The notes beneath the pieces are model-generated. The model ran no database searches. It was not told the origin of the DNA and saw only the letters and a list, made by a program, of their open reading frames with translations. Of a stretch of 64,000 nt of DNA, positions 39,093 through 49,225 are shown one piece after another. This DNA is from a virus: the IMG/VR virus record IMGVR_UViG_3300036791_000892, positions 2,967 to 66,966 of that record; one strand, given 5' to 3'. Each line of letters starts with the position of its first letter. Position 1 is the stretch's first letter. Position numbers and translations under genes: made by a program.

Positions 39093-41626
39093 ACCATCAC
39101 CCACAGTCACTGAAACTCTGGGACAGACTCCGTAATCCTGAGTGTACTAATTGTGAACTCTCTCAGGGAGCACATACCGTCTGCTGTCTAGGAGATGGGC
39201 CAGTACCGTGTGATGGCATGGTCATTGGTGAAGCCCCAGGTTCCGGTGAGGATCAAACTGGAATACCATTCTCTGGCAGGTCTGGTCTCCTTCTTAGAAG
39301 AACTCTGAAAGAAATAGGAGTTGACCCGAGGACAGTATTCATTACGAACACCGTGGCCTGCCGTCCTCCGATGAATCGAACACCATCACGAACAGAAGCC
39401 AAGACATGCTCATCACTCTTTCTCATCCCACAGATTGACCTGGTTAAGCCTAAAGTCATCCTGCTACTAGGTAATACGGCTGTTCAATTCGTAACGGGAC
39501 GGAAGGCCGCTGTGACTAAGCTAGAGGGCAGTACGATAACCTATAATGGCATAACTTGTGTGCCATGTCGCCACCCATCGGCTGTATGCCGAGTTGAGGA
39601 CATTGATAGAGGAGCCTACAACAGAGCTCTTGCTGAATTCAAATTAAACCTGATACTGTTTCGTAGATTGCTCGATCCCAAGAGTGTGGACAAGATCAAG
39701 TTCTCGAAAGAACCCATTGAACTGGATAAGAATATTCCCTATACCTATACGGACATTGAAACTAATGGATTGGATCCTTTCAAACCGGATGCAAAAATAT
39801 GGTGCTTTGGTTTTGCTCAGTCCTCGGACAACGTATGCTCAATCAAGAATGAACCAGACGATCTTTTCAACGATGAGGTAACTCGCTATGTCAAGTTCAC
39901 CCTCAAGCACTATTCAATTATGGTTCAACGTGCAGGTTTTGAAGGTACATGGTATCGCCGTCACTTTGGTATTACTCCTCGAATCTACCATGATACCAAA
40001 GTCTCCGCTTATCTGATTGATGAGAACGAACAAACAGGTCTCAAGTATCAAGCCGTGAAATGCCTTAATGTGGAGCCATGGGAGGAAGGACAGAACTTTC
40101 GGGACCCAGACTTCAATACCCTGATGCCATATAACGCAAGAGATCTCAAGTACAGCTTACGACTCTATCATGAACGTGACCTGCCATTCTTCAAGAAAAA
40201 CCCCAAGATAGCCAAGCTCATGCGTTATATCATCTTACCCAGTTCTGAAGTACTGATAGAGATGGTGTGTAATGGTTTCCATATTGATGAGATTCTGGCA
40301 AAACGACGGCTTGAAATCTGTGAGCAAAATAAACGAAAACTCAATGACAAAATTAATTCCATCGCAAGTGCTGTCACCGGGGAAGAGGAAGATGTCAATC
40401 CGGGATCACCGAAGCAAATGGCAAAATTACTGTACGAAGATCTGGGATTGATTTGCCAAATCTATACGGATAAAGGAAAGAAGTCTACCGGAGAAGCAGC
40501 TCGAATCCGCCTTAAAGGTCAACACAAGATCATAGGTATATTGGATGAATGGCATAAGTGGGAAAAATATGAATCCACGTACTTTACTCCGTGGATAAAG
40601 AGAGGACCAATTCTACATGCTAATTATGACAACACCGGTACCGACACGGGCCGACTTAGTTCTTCAATGGTTAAAGACAAACGTGGTCAGAAAAAACTTG
40701 GAGCAGTTATACATCAGTGTCCAAGAGATCCTTTTGTGCGGACTATTATTTCTCCTCGCGGGTATTTACCTAGCCCTTTTCTGGATGCTTGTCCGCCCGG
40801 AATAAAAGCTCATCCAGAAGATTGGTGTCTTGTAGCGAGTGATTTATCTCAGATCGAATTAAGGTTGGTCGCTCACTGTGCTCAAGAACCAACTATGATT
40901 AAGATTTTCAATGACCCCACAGGAGATATTCACATAGCTACAGCTAGAACGCTTCAACCAGAAGGTGAGATAGAAAAAGAGACACGTAAGAAGGCGAAGG
41001 CAGTTAACTTCGGATTTGTCTATGGTATGTGGTGGCGCAAGTTCATTGCCTATGCTCTGGAAAAATTTAATCTGCGACTATCAGAAAATAATGGTAAGGA
41101 GTATCGTAGAAAATTCTTTGAGAAATATTCTGGTCTCTTGCCTTGGCATCGCCGAGTAGAGGCTTTTGTGGGTCATAACGGTTATATCGATTCCCCGATA
41201 GGAAGAAGGCGTCATCTACCGGAAGCCAAGATAACCGATGATACGGACTTTGAGAATGACTGGGTTCGTAAGGAAAAGATTAGACAGGCAATCAACAGCC
41301 CAATTCAGGGCATGGCTTCTGACCTCATGATGCTCATCCTTGCACTCATATGCAGTTATTCGCTAGACTGGAAATTTAAGATCGACAGGCAGAAAGCATT
41401 CCCGATGGGGACCGCCCATGATTCCGGCCTGTTTGAATGCCATAAGTCATATGCCCAGGAATTGAAGGAAGGTATCCTGTGGACAATCAAGAATCTGCCT
41501 CTTGTAAGATTTTTCGGTGTTGAGATGCTAGTTCCTATACTCATTGATGTCAGCATCTTTGATAATCACTGGGAGTTCGACGGGACTCCAGAAGAACTTA
41601 AAAAATTAACAGCGAAGGTAGACTAG
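39089..41626 (+). CDS. DNA polymerase family A with N-terminal family-4 UDG domain and 3'-5' exonuclease
   Basis: GEAPG..E...G.PF.G.SG, CRP..NR.P, HPS; DIETNG; TGRLSS, DLSQIELR, KAVNFGFVYG, NSPIQG, HDS. Confidence 0.92.
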   Translation: MNHHPQSLKLWDRLRNPECTNCELSQGAHTVCCLGDGPVPCDGMVIGEAPGSGEDQTGIPFSGRSGLLLRRTLKEIGVDPRTVFITNTVACRPPMNRTPSRTEAKTCSSLFLIPQIDLVKPKVILLLGNTAVQFVTGRKAAVTKLEGSTITYNGITCVPCRHPSAVCRVEDIDRGAYNRALAEFKLNLILFRRLLDPKSVDKIKFSKEPIELDKNIPYTYTDIETNGLDPFKPDAKIWCFGFAQSSDNVCSIKNEPDDLFNDEVTRYVKFTLKHYSIMVQRAGFEGTWYRRHFGITPRIYHDTKVSAYLIDENEQTGLKYQAVKCLNVEPWEEGQNFRDPDFNTLMPYNARDLKYSLRLYHERDLPFFKKNPKIAKLMRYIILPSSEVLIEMVCNGFHIDEILAKRRLEICEQNKRKLNDKINSIASAVTGEEEDVNPGSPKQMAKLLYEDLGLICQIYTDKGKKSTGEAARIRLKGQHKIIGILDEWHKWEKYESTYFTPWIKRGPILHANYDNTGTDTGRLSSSMVKDKRGQKKLGAVIHQCPRDPFVRTIISPRGYLPSPFLDACPPGIKAHPEDWCLVASDLSQIELRLVAHCAQEPTMIKIFNDPTGDIHIATARTLQPEGEIEKETRKKAKAVNFGFVYGMWWRKFIAYALEKFNLRLSENNGKEYRRKFFEKYSGLLPWHRRVEAFVGHNGYIDSPIGRRRHLPEAKITDDTDFENDWVRKEKIRQAINSPIQGMASDLMMLILALICSYSLDWKFKIDRQKAFPMGTAHDSGLFECHKSYAQELKEGILWTIKNLPLVRFFGVEMLVPILIDVSIFDNHWEFDGTPEELKKLTAKVD

Positions 41627-41770
41627 AATGATACACTGGCTAAATCACATATGGAATGACCCGCTCAGTATGAAAGAACAAATTAAAGTAGGTCTTATCT
41701 TCGCAGGTATAATCATCTTAGTCGGCTGGTTCATTGAGGTAATTTACCTCAGAGCAAAAGGAAGGGATCT

Positions 41771-42367
41771 ATGAATGGCAACACAAACCCATGGGGTAGA
41801 TATACCATGAATGCTAGTGGAACTCCAAACATCTTACAAACACTCACAGATATAGGTTATAATTATCGAGAACATCGTATAGACAGAGGAGATGAGGATC
41901 TTGAGAAATTCTTACGAGACAACAGAGATCCGGCAGCTCTACAGGTTAGACATACAGCAATGTACTTCTTTTGGAACAATCGGAGAAGAAATCCTGCTGG
42001 TTTTTTTAACACTAAGATATGCAAAGCAGCGTATTATTCTGCGGAGATAGATCAAATAAAGATCATGAAAGACCTTGAAAACTCATTTTTCATCATCTCA
42101 GACGTCAGAGAAAAAATCCTTGTGTGTTTAAAGGTTTCATCCCTCTGGCCTATTACTAAGATCACATTGCCACTTATAGGACAGAGGAGAACGGAGTGGA
42201 TAGAGAGGGAGAAAAGAAAAATTAGAGATTATGATCCAAATTACCGGAATATACCGATTGAAGTTGAGATGTCAACTCCGAACGGATCTGGAGCCCCGCA
42301 TTTACGAGTGGAGAAAAATAGCCATCTAGTGTTACGATTTGATGAGGTGTTTTCATATGAAAGTTAG
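41771..42367 (+). CDS. hypothetical protein
   Basis: 198-aa ORF between the polymerase and exonuclease genes. Confidence 0.55.
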   Translation: MNGNTNPWGRYTMNASGTPNILQTLTDIGYNYREHRIDRGDEDLEKFLRDNRDPAALQVRHTAMYFFWNNRRRNPAGFFNTKICKAAYYSAEIDQIKIMKDLENSFFIISDVREKILVCLKVSSLWPITKITLPLIGQRRTEWIEREKRKIRDYDPNYRNIPIEVEMSTPNGSGAPHLRVEKNSHLVLRFDEVFSYES

Positions 42368-43334
42368 TGGGGTAAGTTACAGTTCGGACAAGAAGTTGTC
42401 CCGTTGTGAGAAGCAATACTCCTACCGCTACGATCAGAAGCTAAAACGTAAGGTAAAGAAGATTGGATTATTCCGAGGGGATTGGCTACACCAGCTCATC
42501 GAGGCATATCGTAGAAAACAGGATTGGAAAGCCAAATTCAAAAAACTTAAGAAAGAACAATGGGATATCTTGTTTGATGAGGAGAAGGAAAATTACGGCC
42601 TCGATTTTCCGAGAGAAGTCTACGGATTGATGGCACACTACGTAGCAACTTATCGTGATCACGATGCCAGATGGAAGATAGTCGAAATTGAAAAGAGCCA
42701 CGAACTAATGACCAAATTCGGATGGCCGGTCAGATGGAAAAGTGACTTCATTGTTCATGAAGGTGACATTAACATCTTGGTTGAGAACAAGAATAAGAAA
42801 GAGATCCCAAAATCTGAAGAGAGAATTCTCGCTCCACAGGTACACGGATATTGCTATCTCTTATCCAAGATAGGCATTCGCATCGACAAAATTGTTTGGG
42901 ATTACGTGAGGACAGAGCCAGTCCCCAGACCGAAGATCTTAAAAGATGGGTCATTGTCAAGACGCAAGATTAACACCGATCAGCGTAGCTATCGTAAATC
43001 TCTCAAAGAAGCCGGAATTGATCCGAGTGATTACGATGGAATGGAAGAACACATTGACAGTCTGCCTGAGACTCTATCACTCCTGCGCATTGCCAATTCT
43101 CCCAATCTGCTTGTGGGTAGACTATTCGTTACTAGCTGGGTAACTAGAGCAAAAAGAGCAGAGTCAATCAAGGACCCGCTACGCACCTGGGTAAGTTCAT
43201 GTAAATGGGATTGTGACTATTATGCTCTGTGTCAGATCGATATGCTGGGTAAAGACAGAACGATGGAGATTAGTAAAAACTTTGTTCAAGAGACCCCAAC
43301 ACCAGAGGAGGAGTTGCACATTAAGGAGGTGTAA
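42357..43334 (+). CDS. PD-(D/E)XK exonuclease (Cas4/AddB-like)
   Basis: SYS...C..QY.Y.Y, G..LH, D...ENK, Q..Y, C.W.CDY..LC. Confidence 0.8.
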   Translation: MKVSGVSYSSDKKLSRCEKQYSYRYDQKLKRKVKKIGLFRGDWLHQLIEAYRRKQDWKAKFKKLKKEQWDILFDEEKENYGLDFPREVYGLMAHYVATYRDHDARWKIVEIEKSHELMTKFGWPVRWKSDFIVHEGDINILVENKNKKEIPKSEERILAPQVHGYCYLLSKIGIRIDKIVWDYVRTEPVPRPKILKDGSLSRRKINTDQRSYRKSLKEAGIDPSDYDGMEEHIDSLPETLSLLRIANSPNLLVGRLFVTSWVTRAKRAESIKDPLRTWVSSCKWDCDYYALCQIDMLGKDRTMEISKNFVQETPTPEEELHIKEV

Positions 43335-43564
43335 TTGGAAATCAGAAGATTAATAGCGCAATGGAATGGAAGAAGCAGAGGAGTGAGGGATGAAAAAGGT
43401 AGAGTAAGAACACGTTTTCATTTTGTAGGAGAAAACGGACTCACATACTGCCGAATTAAAATTCCATTCGAGGATCGTAATGCCGAGGTAGAAACTAGGA
43501 TGTCACTAAAAGGTAAAAATCGAGTTTGTGGCAAGTGCTTACAAGTAGCAGGGAAAGGTGCAAC

Positions 43565-44257
43565 ATGGCTGATGTAAAATTCCATTCATTCGATGCATAT
43601 TTCCATGACTTCCACCCCCACAGCCTGTACTACGGTTTTAATGGTACAGGAAAAACAACGTTGGCTGGAAAGAGTGGTCTGCGTACACTCCTGTTAGATT
43701 GTGGAGACGCTGGGGTACTTACTCTCCGTAAAGTGCCCAGAAAGTTCCTGAGAATCATTAGAGTTAAAAGTGCTCTGCATTATCTCGATATCATGGTCAA
43801 AGTTATTGGGATGGCGGAGCAAATTGATATTCTTGTGATTGATACTCTAACAGGACTTCAATCTATGGCAATTCAAGAGGTGAAAGGAAAACGAAACTTT
43901 GATGGTATGAACCAGAGACGCTGGGGACAAGTGTCATCCCGAGTTATTGAATGCATCTCTGAAACCAGAAACTTCCCAGGTGACGTAATCTACCTGGCTC
44001 AAGAAAAACGTAAAGGCAGGCCAGATGAAACAGGAATTGATATCTCGCCTAGCCTACAACCAGCAACACGAGAGTTTCTTTCCGGTTGTGTAGATTGGGT
44101 TGGACGCCTGTATGTCGAAGGAGGAAAGAGAAAAATGTCCTTTGCCTTAACTGAAAACATCGAAGCTAAAGACAGAGGGGCTCTTTTCCCCAAGACAGTG
44201 ATCAACCCAAAATACATTCCAATCCGCGAACGCATCGTGGAAATTATTAACGGTTAA
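43565..44257 (+). CDS. AAA_24/Sak4-like ATPase
   Basis: YGFNGTGKTT, VIDT, AKDR. Confidence 0.8.
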   Translation: MADVKFHSFDAYFHDFHPHSLYYGFNGTGKTTLAGKSGLRTLLLDCGDAGVLTLRKVPRKFLRIIRVKSALHYLDIMVKVIGMAEQIDILVIDTLTGLQSMAIQEVKGKRNFDGMNQRRWGQVSSRVIECISETRNFPGDVIYLAQEKRKGRPDETGIDISPSLQPATREFLSGCVDWVGRLYVEGGKRKMSFALTENIEAKDRGALFPKTVINPKYIPIRERIVEIING

Positions 44258-44275
44258 TTTTCAAAGGAGAAACTA

Positions 44276-45049
44276 ATGCCAGTAATCACAGTTGATTTTG
44301 CCGGGTTAAAGTCCGGTGGTGGAGGAGTGAATCCAAGGGTTCCGGCTGGAGACTACGGAGTCAAATGCACAAAGGTAGTATTAAAAACAAGTGACAAATC
44401 GAAACAGAAATATCTCGACATCTCTTTCAAACTCATTAAAGGAAACAAGAAGGGCTTAGGCCAAGTTCTTCATCATTCTTGTTCACTTCAAACTCAATCA
44501 CTCTGGAATCTCAGAGATATGCTGGAAGCCATGGGTAAAGAGATTCCGGCCAAGGCAATTAAAATCTCAACTGAGAGATTAGTCGGTTATACCTGTGCGT
44601 CATCAGTAACAGATGACGAGTATGAAGGCAGGAAGAAATCAAGAATTGCTTCTTTCTTCCCGCTTGCAGATCTGGGTAAGACTTCAGACAATGCCGACGA
44701 CCTCGATACTGAAGAAGAACCTGAAGAGGAAGAGGAAGAGGAAGAAATCCCCAAGAAAAAGAAAAAGAAACCAGTCGAAGAAGAGGAACCAGAAGAGGAA
44801 GAGGAGGAAGAGGAACCAGCTCCCAAGAAGAAAAAGAAACCTCGTCCAGTAGTCTCTGATGATGAGGAAGAAGATGAAGGAGAAATTCCTGAACCTCCAA
44901 AGAAGAAAAAGAAGGTAGTTAAGGAAGAGGAAGAGGAAGAACCCGAAGAGGAAGAAGAAGAGGAAGAACCGGCTCCTAAGAAGAAAAAGAAGAAAAAACC
45001 GGTTCTGGAAGAAGAGGAAGAAGAAGAGGCTGAAGAACTCTTCTCTTAA
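44276..45049 (+). CDS. DUF669-like ssDNA-binding protein with long block-charged tail
   Basis: VPAGDY...Y....F...LWNLRDMLEA.G; poly-E/poly-K blocks; ends ELFS. Confidence 0.7.
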   Translation: MPVITVDFAGLKSGGGGVNPRVPAGDYGVKCTKVVLKTSDKSKQKYLDISFKLIKGNKKGLGQVLHHSCSLQTQSLWNLRDMLEAMGKEIPAKAIKISTERLVGYTCASSVTDDEYEGRKKSRIASFFPLADLGKTSDNADDLDTEEEPEEEEEEEEIPKKKKKKPVEEEEPEEEEEEEEPAPKKKKKPRPVVSDDEEEDEGEIPEPPKKKKKVVKEEEEEEPEEEEEEEEPAPKKKKKKKPVLEEEEEEEAEELFS

Positions 45050-45108
45050 CTGATAACTGACTCTTGGGGCTATGATGAGTAGCCTCAAGAGTTTTTTAGG
45101 AGACTTAG

Positions 45109-45420
45109 ATGAGAGGCCCTGAAACAAGGCTTTATAAAAAGATCAAGAAGGCAATCGAGGTCGAGTATCCGGGTTCCTGGGTACGTAAGATTCATGGTAA
45201 TCAATTTCAAAACAGAGGAATACCAGATCTCCTATGCTGTATCAAAACAAGACCTCATTCTTTTTTTGCTGGCATGGAAGTAAAAGTTCCCGGCAAACAC
45301 GCTACTCCTATTCAGGAACATGAACTCAGTCAGATAAGACTAGCCGGAGGAGCACAAGGTGAAGTTCATAGTGTGAAGGAAGCATTGAGTCTGATTAGAA
45401 AGTTTAAAAAGTATTTTTGA
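45109..45420 (+). CDS. VRR-NUC nuclease / Holliday junction resolvase
   Basis: E...GIPDL...EVK.PG...T..Q. Confidence 0.85.
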   Translation: MRGPETRLYKKIKKAIEVEYPGSWVRKIHGNQFQNRGIPDLLCCIKTRPHSFFAGMEVKVPGKHATPIQEHELSQIRLAGGAQGEVHSVKEALSLIRKFKKYF

Positions 45421-46747
45421 AGCTTTGTTCCGCCATGTGGTTTTGTAGGCTGGGCATACCCTGCGCTTCAACATAAAGTGTGTAAACTCCCGGTAAAGGT
45501 ACATCAAGACCTCTCACGCTAAACTCTTTTGGTTCTCCGGGAATAACTGTGGAAAGAAGATAAGCGACTACACCATCTCTTGTTCCCCACAAGTTATATT
45601 GCCGGACGGTTGCTTCTGTGCCCTTAATTGTGAAGGCAATGGTATCTCCCGACGAAGAAGCCGAGATTGTGACATCGGTTCGGAGACCTCCTTGAGTAGC
45701 AGAACCTTCTTCGAAATCGTCCCATATTATGTTGCAGAGAAAGTCAATCCTACCACCACCCTCGACGTAAGCAGAGTTTGCAGCTAGTATATCAATCCAG
45801 GTCTGTCCGCCATTCTGTGGGATGTATTTCCCCAGCGACCACGACACGTTGCCGGTTAGTGTTCCATTAAACCCACTCCAGAATGAAGTCGCGTGGATCA
45901 GATCTGGATGCGAATCACAAGCCGGAAAGAAACTGTCTGTCAGATAAAGAACACCGGATGGGCTTTTTTCCGTATCTGCATCAGAATCAATCCATGAAAA
46001 ACTCCCGTCGCTTTTGTCAACTTCAAATCCACTGGCTTGATATTGAACCAGCAGAGGATTAAAATGAGGAACGACTGCTTTACTTACCTCATTCCAGTCC
46101 ACATTCTTACCAGCTACTGATACAACATTCCAGAGAAACAACACCGGGCGTGAGACACCATTGAACGTATAGTGCTCATACCCGGGATCAGAAGCATAGC
46201 GATCCATTAGGTGATTGATAGCTGAGATAATGTCTGCCTGCATCGTCTCAGGCGTACTACCTTGGTTGCCGAAATATTGCTGATCTATCATCAACAAGTA
46301 ATTCAGTCCGTGATTAGTACACGCACTTGCCCACAAGTCAATTACTGAGTCATTCGTACATGTGGTTTTGGTAGGATGGTACCAGTCAGGAATCAGGATG
46401 TCATAACCGCGCTCAATCATATCAACAACACAATTGATAACAGTTGCGGGATCCATATCGTTCACGCCGATGTCAGGATGATTGGGACGTCCCCACCACA
46501 ACATCGAATGTAACGCTATTCTGCCATTCCAACCTTTAGGCATCATGGTCCTGATTGACTCCTTACTGATAGTCATTGGAGCAGCAGCATTTTCTGAATC
46601 GTCGAACAGCGATGAGTCTACAGGCAAGATTGTGTTGTCATGGTATGTCATACCTGAAAACAGAGGTGGGTACGTAGCTGCATTGTAGCTAGGATTCGTT
46701 GACACGTTATGTGCCGTGAAGGAAGCTACTGAGCGTTTCTTCCACAT
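45404..46747 (-). CDS. glycoside-hydrolase-like TIM-barrel protein, paralogue of the central domain of 52746
   Basis: shared DDSENAAAPMxISKE, WWG...HP.IG, INHLMDRYAS, DDFxEGS, EAQGMPSLQNHMA. Confidence 0.65.
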   Translation of the reverse strand: MWKKRSVASFTAHNVSTNPSYNAATYPPLFSGMTYHDNTILPVDSSLFDDSENAAAPMTISKESIRTMMPKGWNGRIALHSMLWWGRPNHPDIGVNDMDPATVINCVVDMIERGYDILIPDWYHPTKTTCTNDSVIDLWASACTNHGLNYLLMIDQQYFGNQGSTPETMQADIISAINHLMDRYASDPGYEHYTFNGVSRPVLFLWNVVSVAGKNVDWNEVSKAVVPHFNPLLVQYQASGFEVDKSDGSFSWIDSDADTEKSPSGVLYLTDSFFPACDSHPDLIHATSFWSGFNGTLTGNVSWSLGKYIPQNGGQTWIDILAANSAYVEGGGRIDFLCNIIWDDFEEGSATQGGLRTDVTISASSSGDTIAFTIKGTEATVRQYNLWGTRDGVVAYLLSTVIPGEPKEFSVRGLDVPLPGVYTLYVEAQGMPSLQNHMAEQSFKNTF

Positions 46748-46755
46748 GGTTCCTC

Positions 46756-46917
46756 TCAGTGGTGAATAGATATTGACGACCCAGAGATCGTCAGCAGAAA
46801 TGCCAATAAACCAACGGCAAACATGATTCGCCCGGCCTCCGAAGCTCTGGCGTGAGTGCTAAGCATGTAGACCAACAGGCCCACAATTGACAAGACTAGT
46901 GAGAGATAGATTATCAT
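46756..46917 (-). CDS. 53-aa two-TM membrane protein (possible holin)
   Basis: MIIYLSLVLSIVGLLVYML...GRIMFAVGLLAFLL; not in ORF track. Confidence 0.5.
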   Translation of the reverse strand: MIIYLSLVLSIVGLLVYMLSTHARASEAGRIMFAVGLLAFLLTISGSSISIHH

Positions 46918-47166
46918 ATAGTTTTCCTTAGATTGATTTCTCCGATTCTACAAGACTTGGCCGTAATAATTATTGATGGTCGTTTTGGTCGTGTGGCCTT
47001 TGGATCATCAGTATCCTTTTCAGGCTCAGTCTCCTGAGTGATATAACCTCTTGAGGCTGGTGACCCCGCTGGGGAGGTTGACGGTTCCTTTAGGAACTCT
47101 TGAAAATTTATAACTTTTGCCATACCTTCCCCTCTCTTTATAACATGAACCTGACCTCAAAATGCC

Positions 47167-47535
47167 TTATCTGGTCTTCGGAGTGTGTCTGACTGTCTTA
47201 TCTGTGTCTGACTTGTCCGAGTCCGCCTGGTCGTCATTTGAGGCTATTGGCAGGGCCTTCAGCGCGTCAATTGCATTTTGAATGTGGCTAGTTATTGACT
47301 GGGTATCTGATGGATATCCAATTTTCTTCAGACCAACTGTGAACTCAGGAGCATGCTGAAGAGTGGTGGATAACATTTGAGTGTCTGTCTCACTCTCAGC
47401 TCCTGCCTCGGCTGTTCTCCTGAGAATTTTGGATACAAGAGTCCCCACCTGCGGGGCGAGACCATTAACTAAATTACCGAGTTGATCAGCAAATGAGGCA
47501 ACCTTACTCGGACTCGCAGAAATCATCTTAGACAT
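47167..47535 (-). CDS. hypothetical protein
   Basis: GGAGG SD before MSKMISA. Confidence 0.55.
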   Translation of the reverse strand: MSKMISASPSKVASFADQLGNLVNGLAPQVGTLVSKILRRTAEAGAESETDTQMLSTTLQHAPEFTVGLKKIGYPSDTQSITSHIQNAIDALKALPIASNDDQADSDKSDTDKTVRHTPKTR

Positions 47536-47545
47536 AAAAAACCTC

Positions 47546-49213
47546 CTAGTTGTAGAATCTAACGAACTGGACTCTAGTTGTGATTGTATTGGATGCACTA
47601 GCGACACTCCAGGTTGGAGAAAAAGCTAAAGTAGTTGCCGTTGAGGAAGATATTGCCGTGTTTGGACCGGCGTTGCCATAATCGGCGTCGACTCCGTTGA
47701 TTACACAGTGACCGTGAGTTTCCATTGAGTAGGTTGTGCTTACTGAGACAACAAGCAGATAACTAACACAGGACCACGGCACATTCGTAACACCAGATGC
47801 CAGAGTTAAAGTGGGGCCTTGTCCAAGAGTTGTAATTCCGGTAGCCGCAAACTTCAAAGCAAGAGTCGGTGTACCGGTGTCAGACAACACACCCATTGAG
47901 TTTATCTCAACAAGCTCACCGGCATGGAGTTGCTGTACACCGCCAGGATTCAGAGTAAAGGCGGTGATAGTAGTACAACCAGTAGTGCAGTTTGCTGATG
48001 AAATTGGAGTTGAACTGGTTTGAGCTATTCCTGTACTTTGAAGATTATTGTTTGGACCACCGATTGTTTTATTGGCATCAATTCCGGCATAACCACCAGC
48101 GACATTCTTATTGGCAAGCAGCTCGGCAAAACCAACATCGGATGCCTGAATTGCACTGGAAGTCCAGACCGTCCCGTTAGATCTCTGATAGTTACCCGCA
48201 GTGCCCGGAGCTGGTATGTCACTCAAAAAAGACATCTGTTGAGTAACTCCTCCTGCACGAATCATAAATCTACCGGTGTCAGTCCTATACCATGTATCAC
48301 CATTAACCAGAGTACTAGGGTCCGCTGAAACTCCGGAATGATTGGTACCAGCAGTGGAGGCACTTGAACTGAACACTTGCTTAAACCCAGCACCATAGGT
48401 ATTGGTTTGATTGTTATAAACTACTGTACCCGGTAACTGACCAGCAGTTGCTGTTCCACTCAGATTACCGAATCCCGGTTGAGTACTGGTAAAAAGACCA
48501 GTCGTAGAATCATAGCTATTAAACCATTGATTCACTACGTTGGCTTTAGTAGCTGGTAGTTGTCCGCCACCTCCAGTGGCCGCAGAGCAGCTTACAGCAT
48601 TACCTTGACTATCAATACCCAGCGGATAATTGCCAGCGGCACACTTAGTCGGAATGGCTGAGAAAGCCGTAGAAGTCGCTGCATTACCGGTTGTGTTTGA
48701 GGTGATGACAGCTGGAAGATCGGCAGAAGTAAGTACTCGAAACGAATATGCTCCGGTACCGCCGCTGGCCTGTCCAGCCAATACGGTGTTTTGTGCCACT
48801 GCTGTGGGATTAAAAGTAGCAGATGTAGTTCGATTAGAGACTGTAAACAGAACTGGCAGATCTCCGATCGAAGTCACTGAACCGGAAGCAGACAACATCA
48901 GACTCCAACTTGTGGGAGATGTAGAAGGAACATTTCCAGTATTGGAATTAGTTGAGGAAAAATAGAGATTACCGTTGTACGTTGCCATCTGCCCTTTGCT
49001 GTAAGTAAAGGTTGAGACCCACAAGCCCGTATAGGCATTTTGCAAAGTACCTACAGCAGTATCAATGATTGTAAAGTTGTTGTTCAAGATAACATCATAG
49101 TTTTGTGTTCCCTTGGGAGGAAGAGTCAGGCCCAGGTTTGGCGTGGTGGACACCTGGGCAATGACAAAGAGACACGAAGCTATGATCAGCAAGATGGTGT
49201 TAATGTATTTCAT
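47546..49213 (-). CDS. tail fibre/adhesin-like protein with N-terminal signal-peptide-like segment
   Basis: position after baseplate genes; T/S/G-rich; TPNLGLTLP...LNNNFTIID fibre N-terminal motif; CBM5-like WVSTFTYSKGQMATYNG. Confidence 0.65.
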   Translation of the reverse strand: MKYINTILLIIASCLFVIAQVSTTPNLGLTLPPKGTQNYDVILNNNFTIIDTAVGTLQNAYTGLWVSTFTYSKGQMATYNGNLYFSSTNSNTGNVPSTSPTSWSLMLSASGSVTSIGDLPVLFTVSNRTTSATFNPTAVAQNTVLAGQASGGTGAYSFRVLTSADLPAVITSNTTGNAATSTAFSAIPTKCAAGNYPLGIDSQGNAVSCSAATGGGGQLPATKANVVNQWFNSYDSTTGLFTSTQPGFGNLSGTATAGQLPGTVVYNNQTNTYGAGFKQVFSSSASTAGTNHSGVSADPSTLVNGDTWYRTDTGRFMIRAGGVTQQMSFLSDIPAPGTAGNYQRSNGTVWTSSAIQASDVGFAELLANKNVAGGYAGIDANKTIGGPNNNLQSTGIAQTSSTPISSANCTTGCTTITAFTLNPGGVQQLHAGELVEINSMGVLSDTGTPTLALKFAATGITTLGQGPTLTLASGVTNVPWSCVSYLLVVSVSTTYSMETHGHCVINGVDADYGNAGPNTAISSSTATTLAFSPTWSVASASNTITTRVQFVRFYN

Positions 49214-49225
49214 CTCAATCCTCTT

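Noticed and set aside
42357-43334. Cas4 as part of a CRISPR system
   Set aside because: It sits in a replication/recombination module with an ATPase and SSB; an ordinary phage exonuclease.
44559-45127. Phe/Leu/Ser-rich minus-strand ORFs (also 10745-11275, 18384-19177 and plus-strand 63242-63838)
   Set aside because: Shadows of low-complexity K/E/A-rich genes on the opposite strand.
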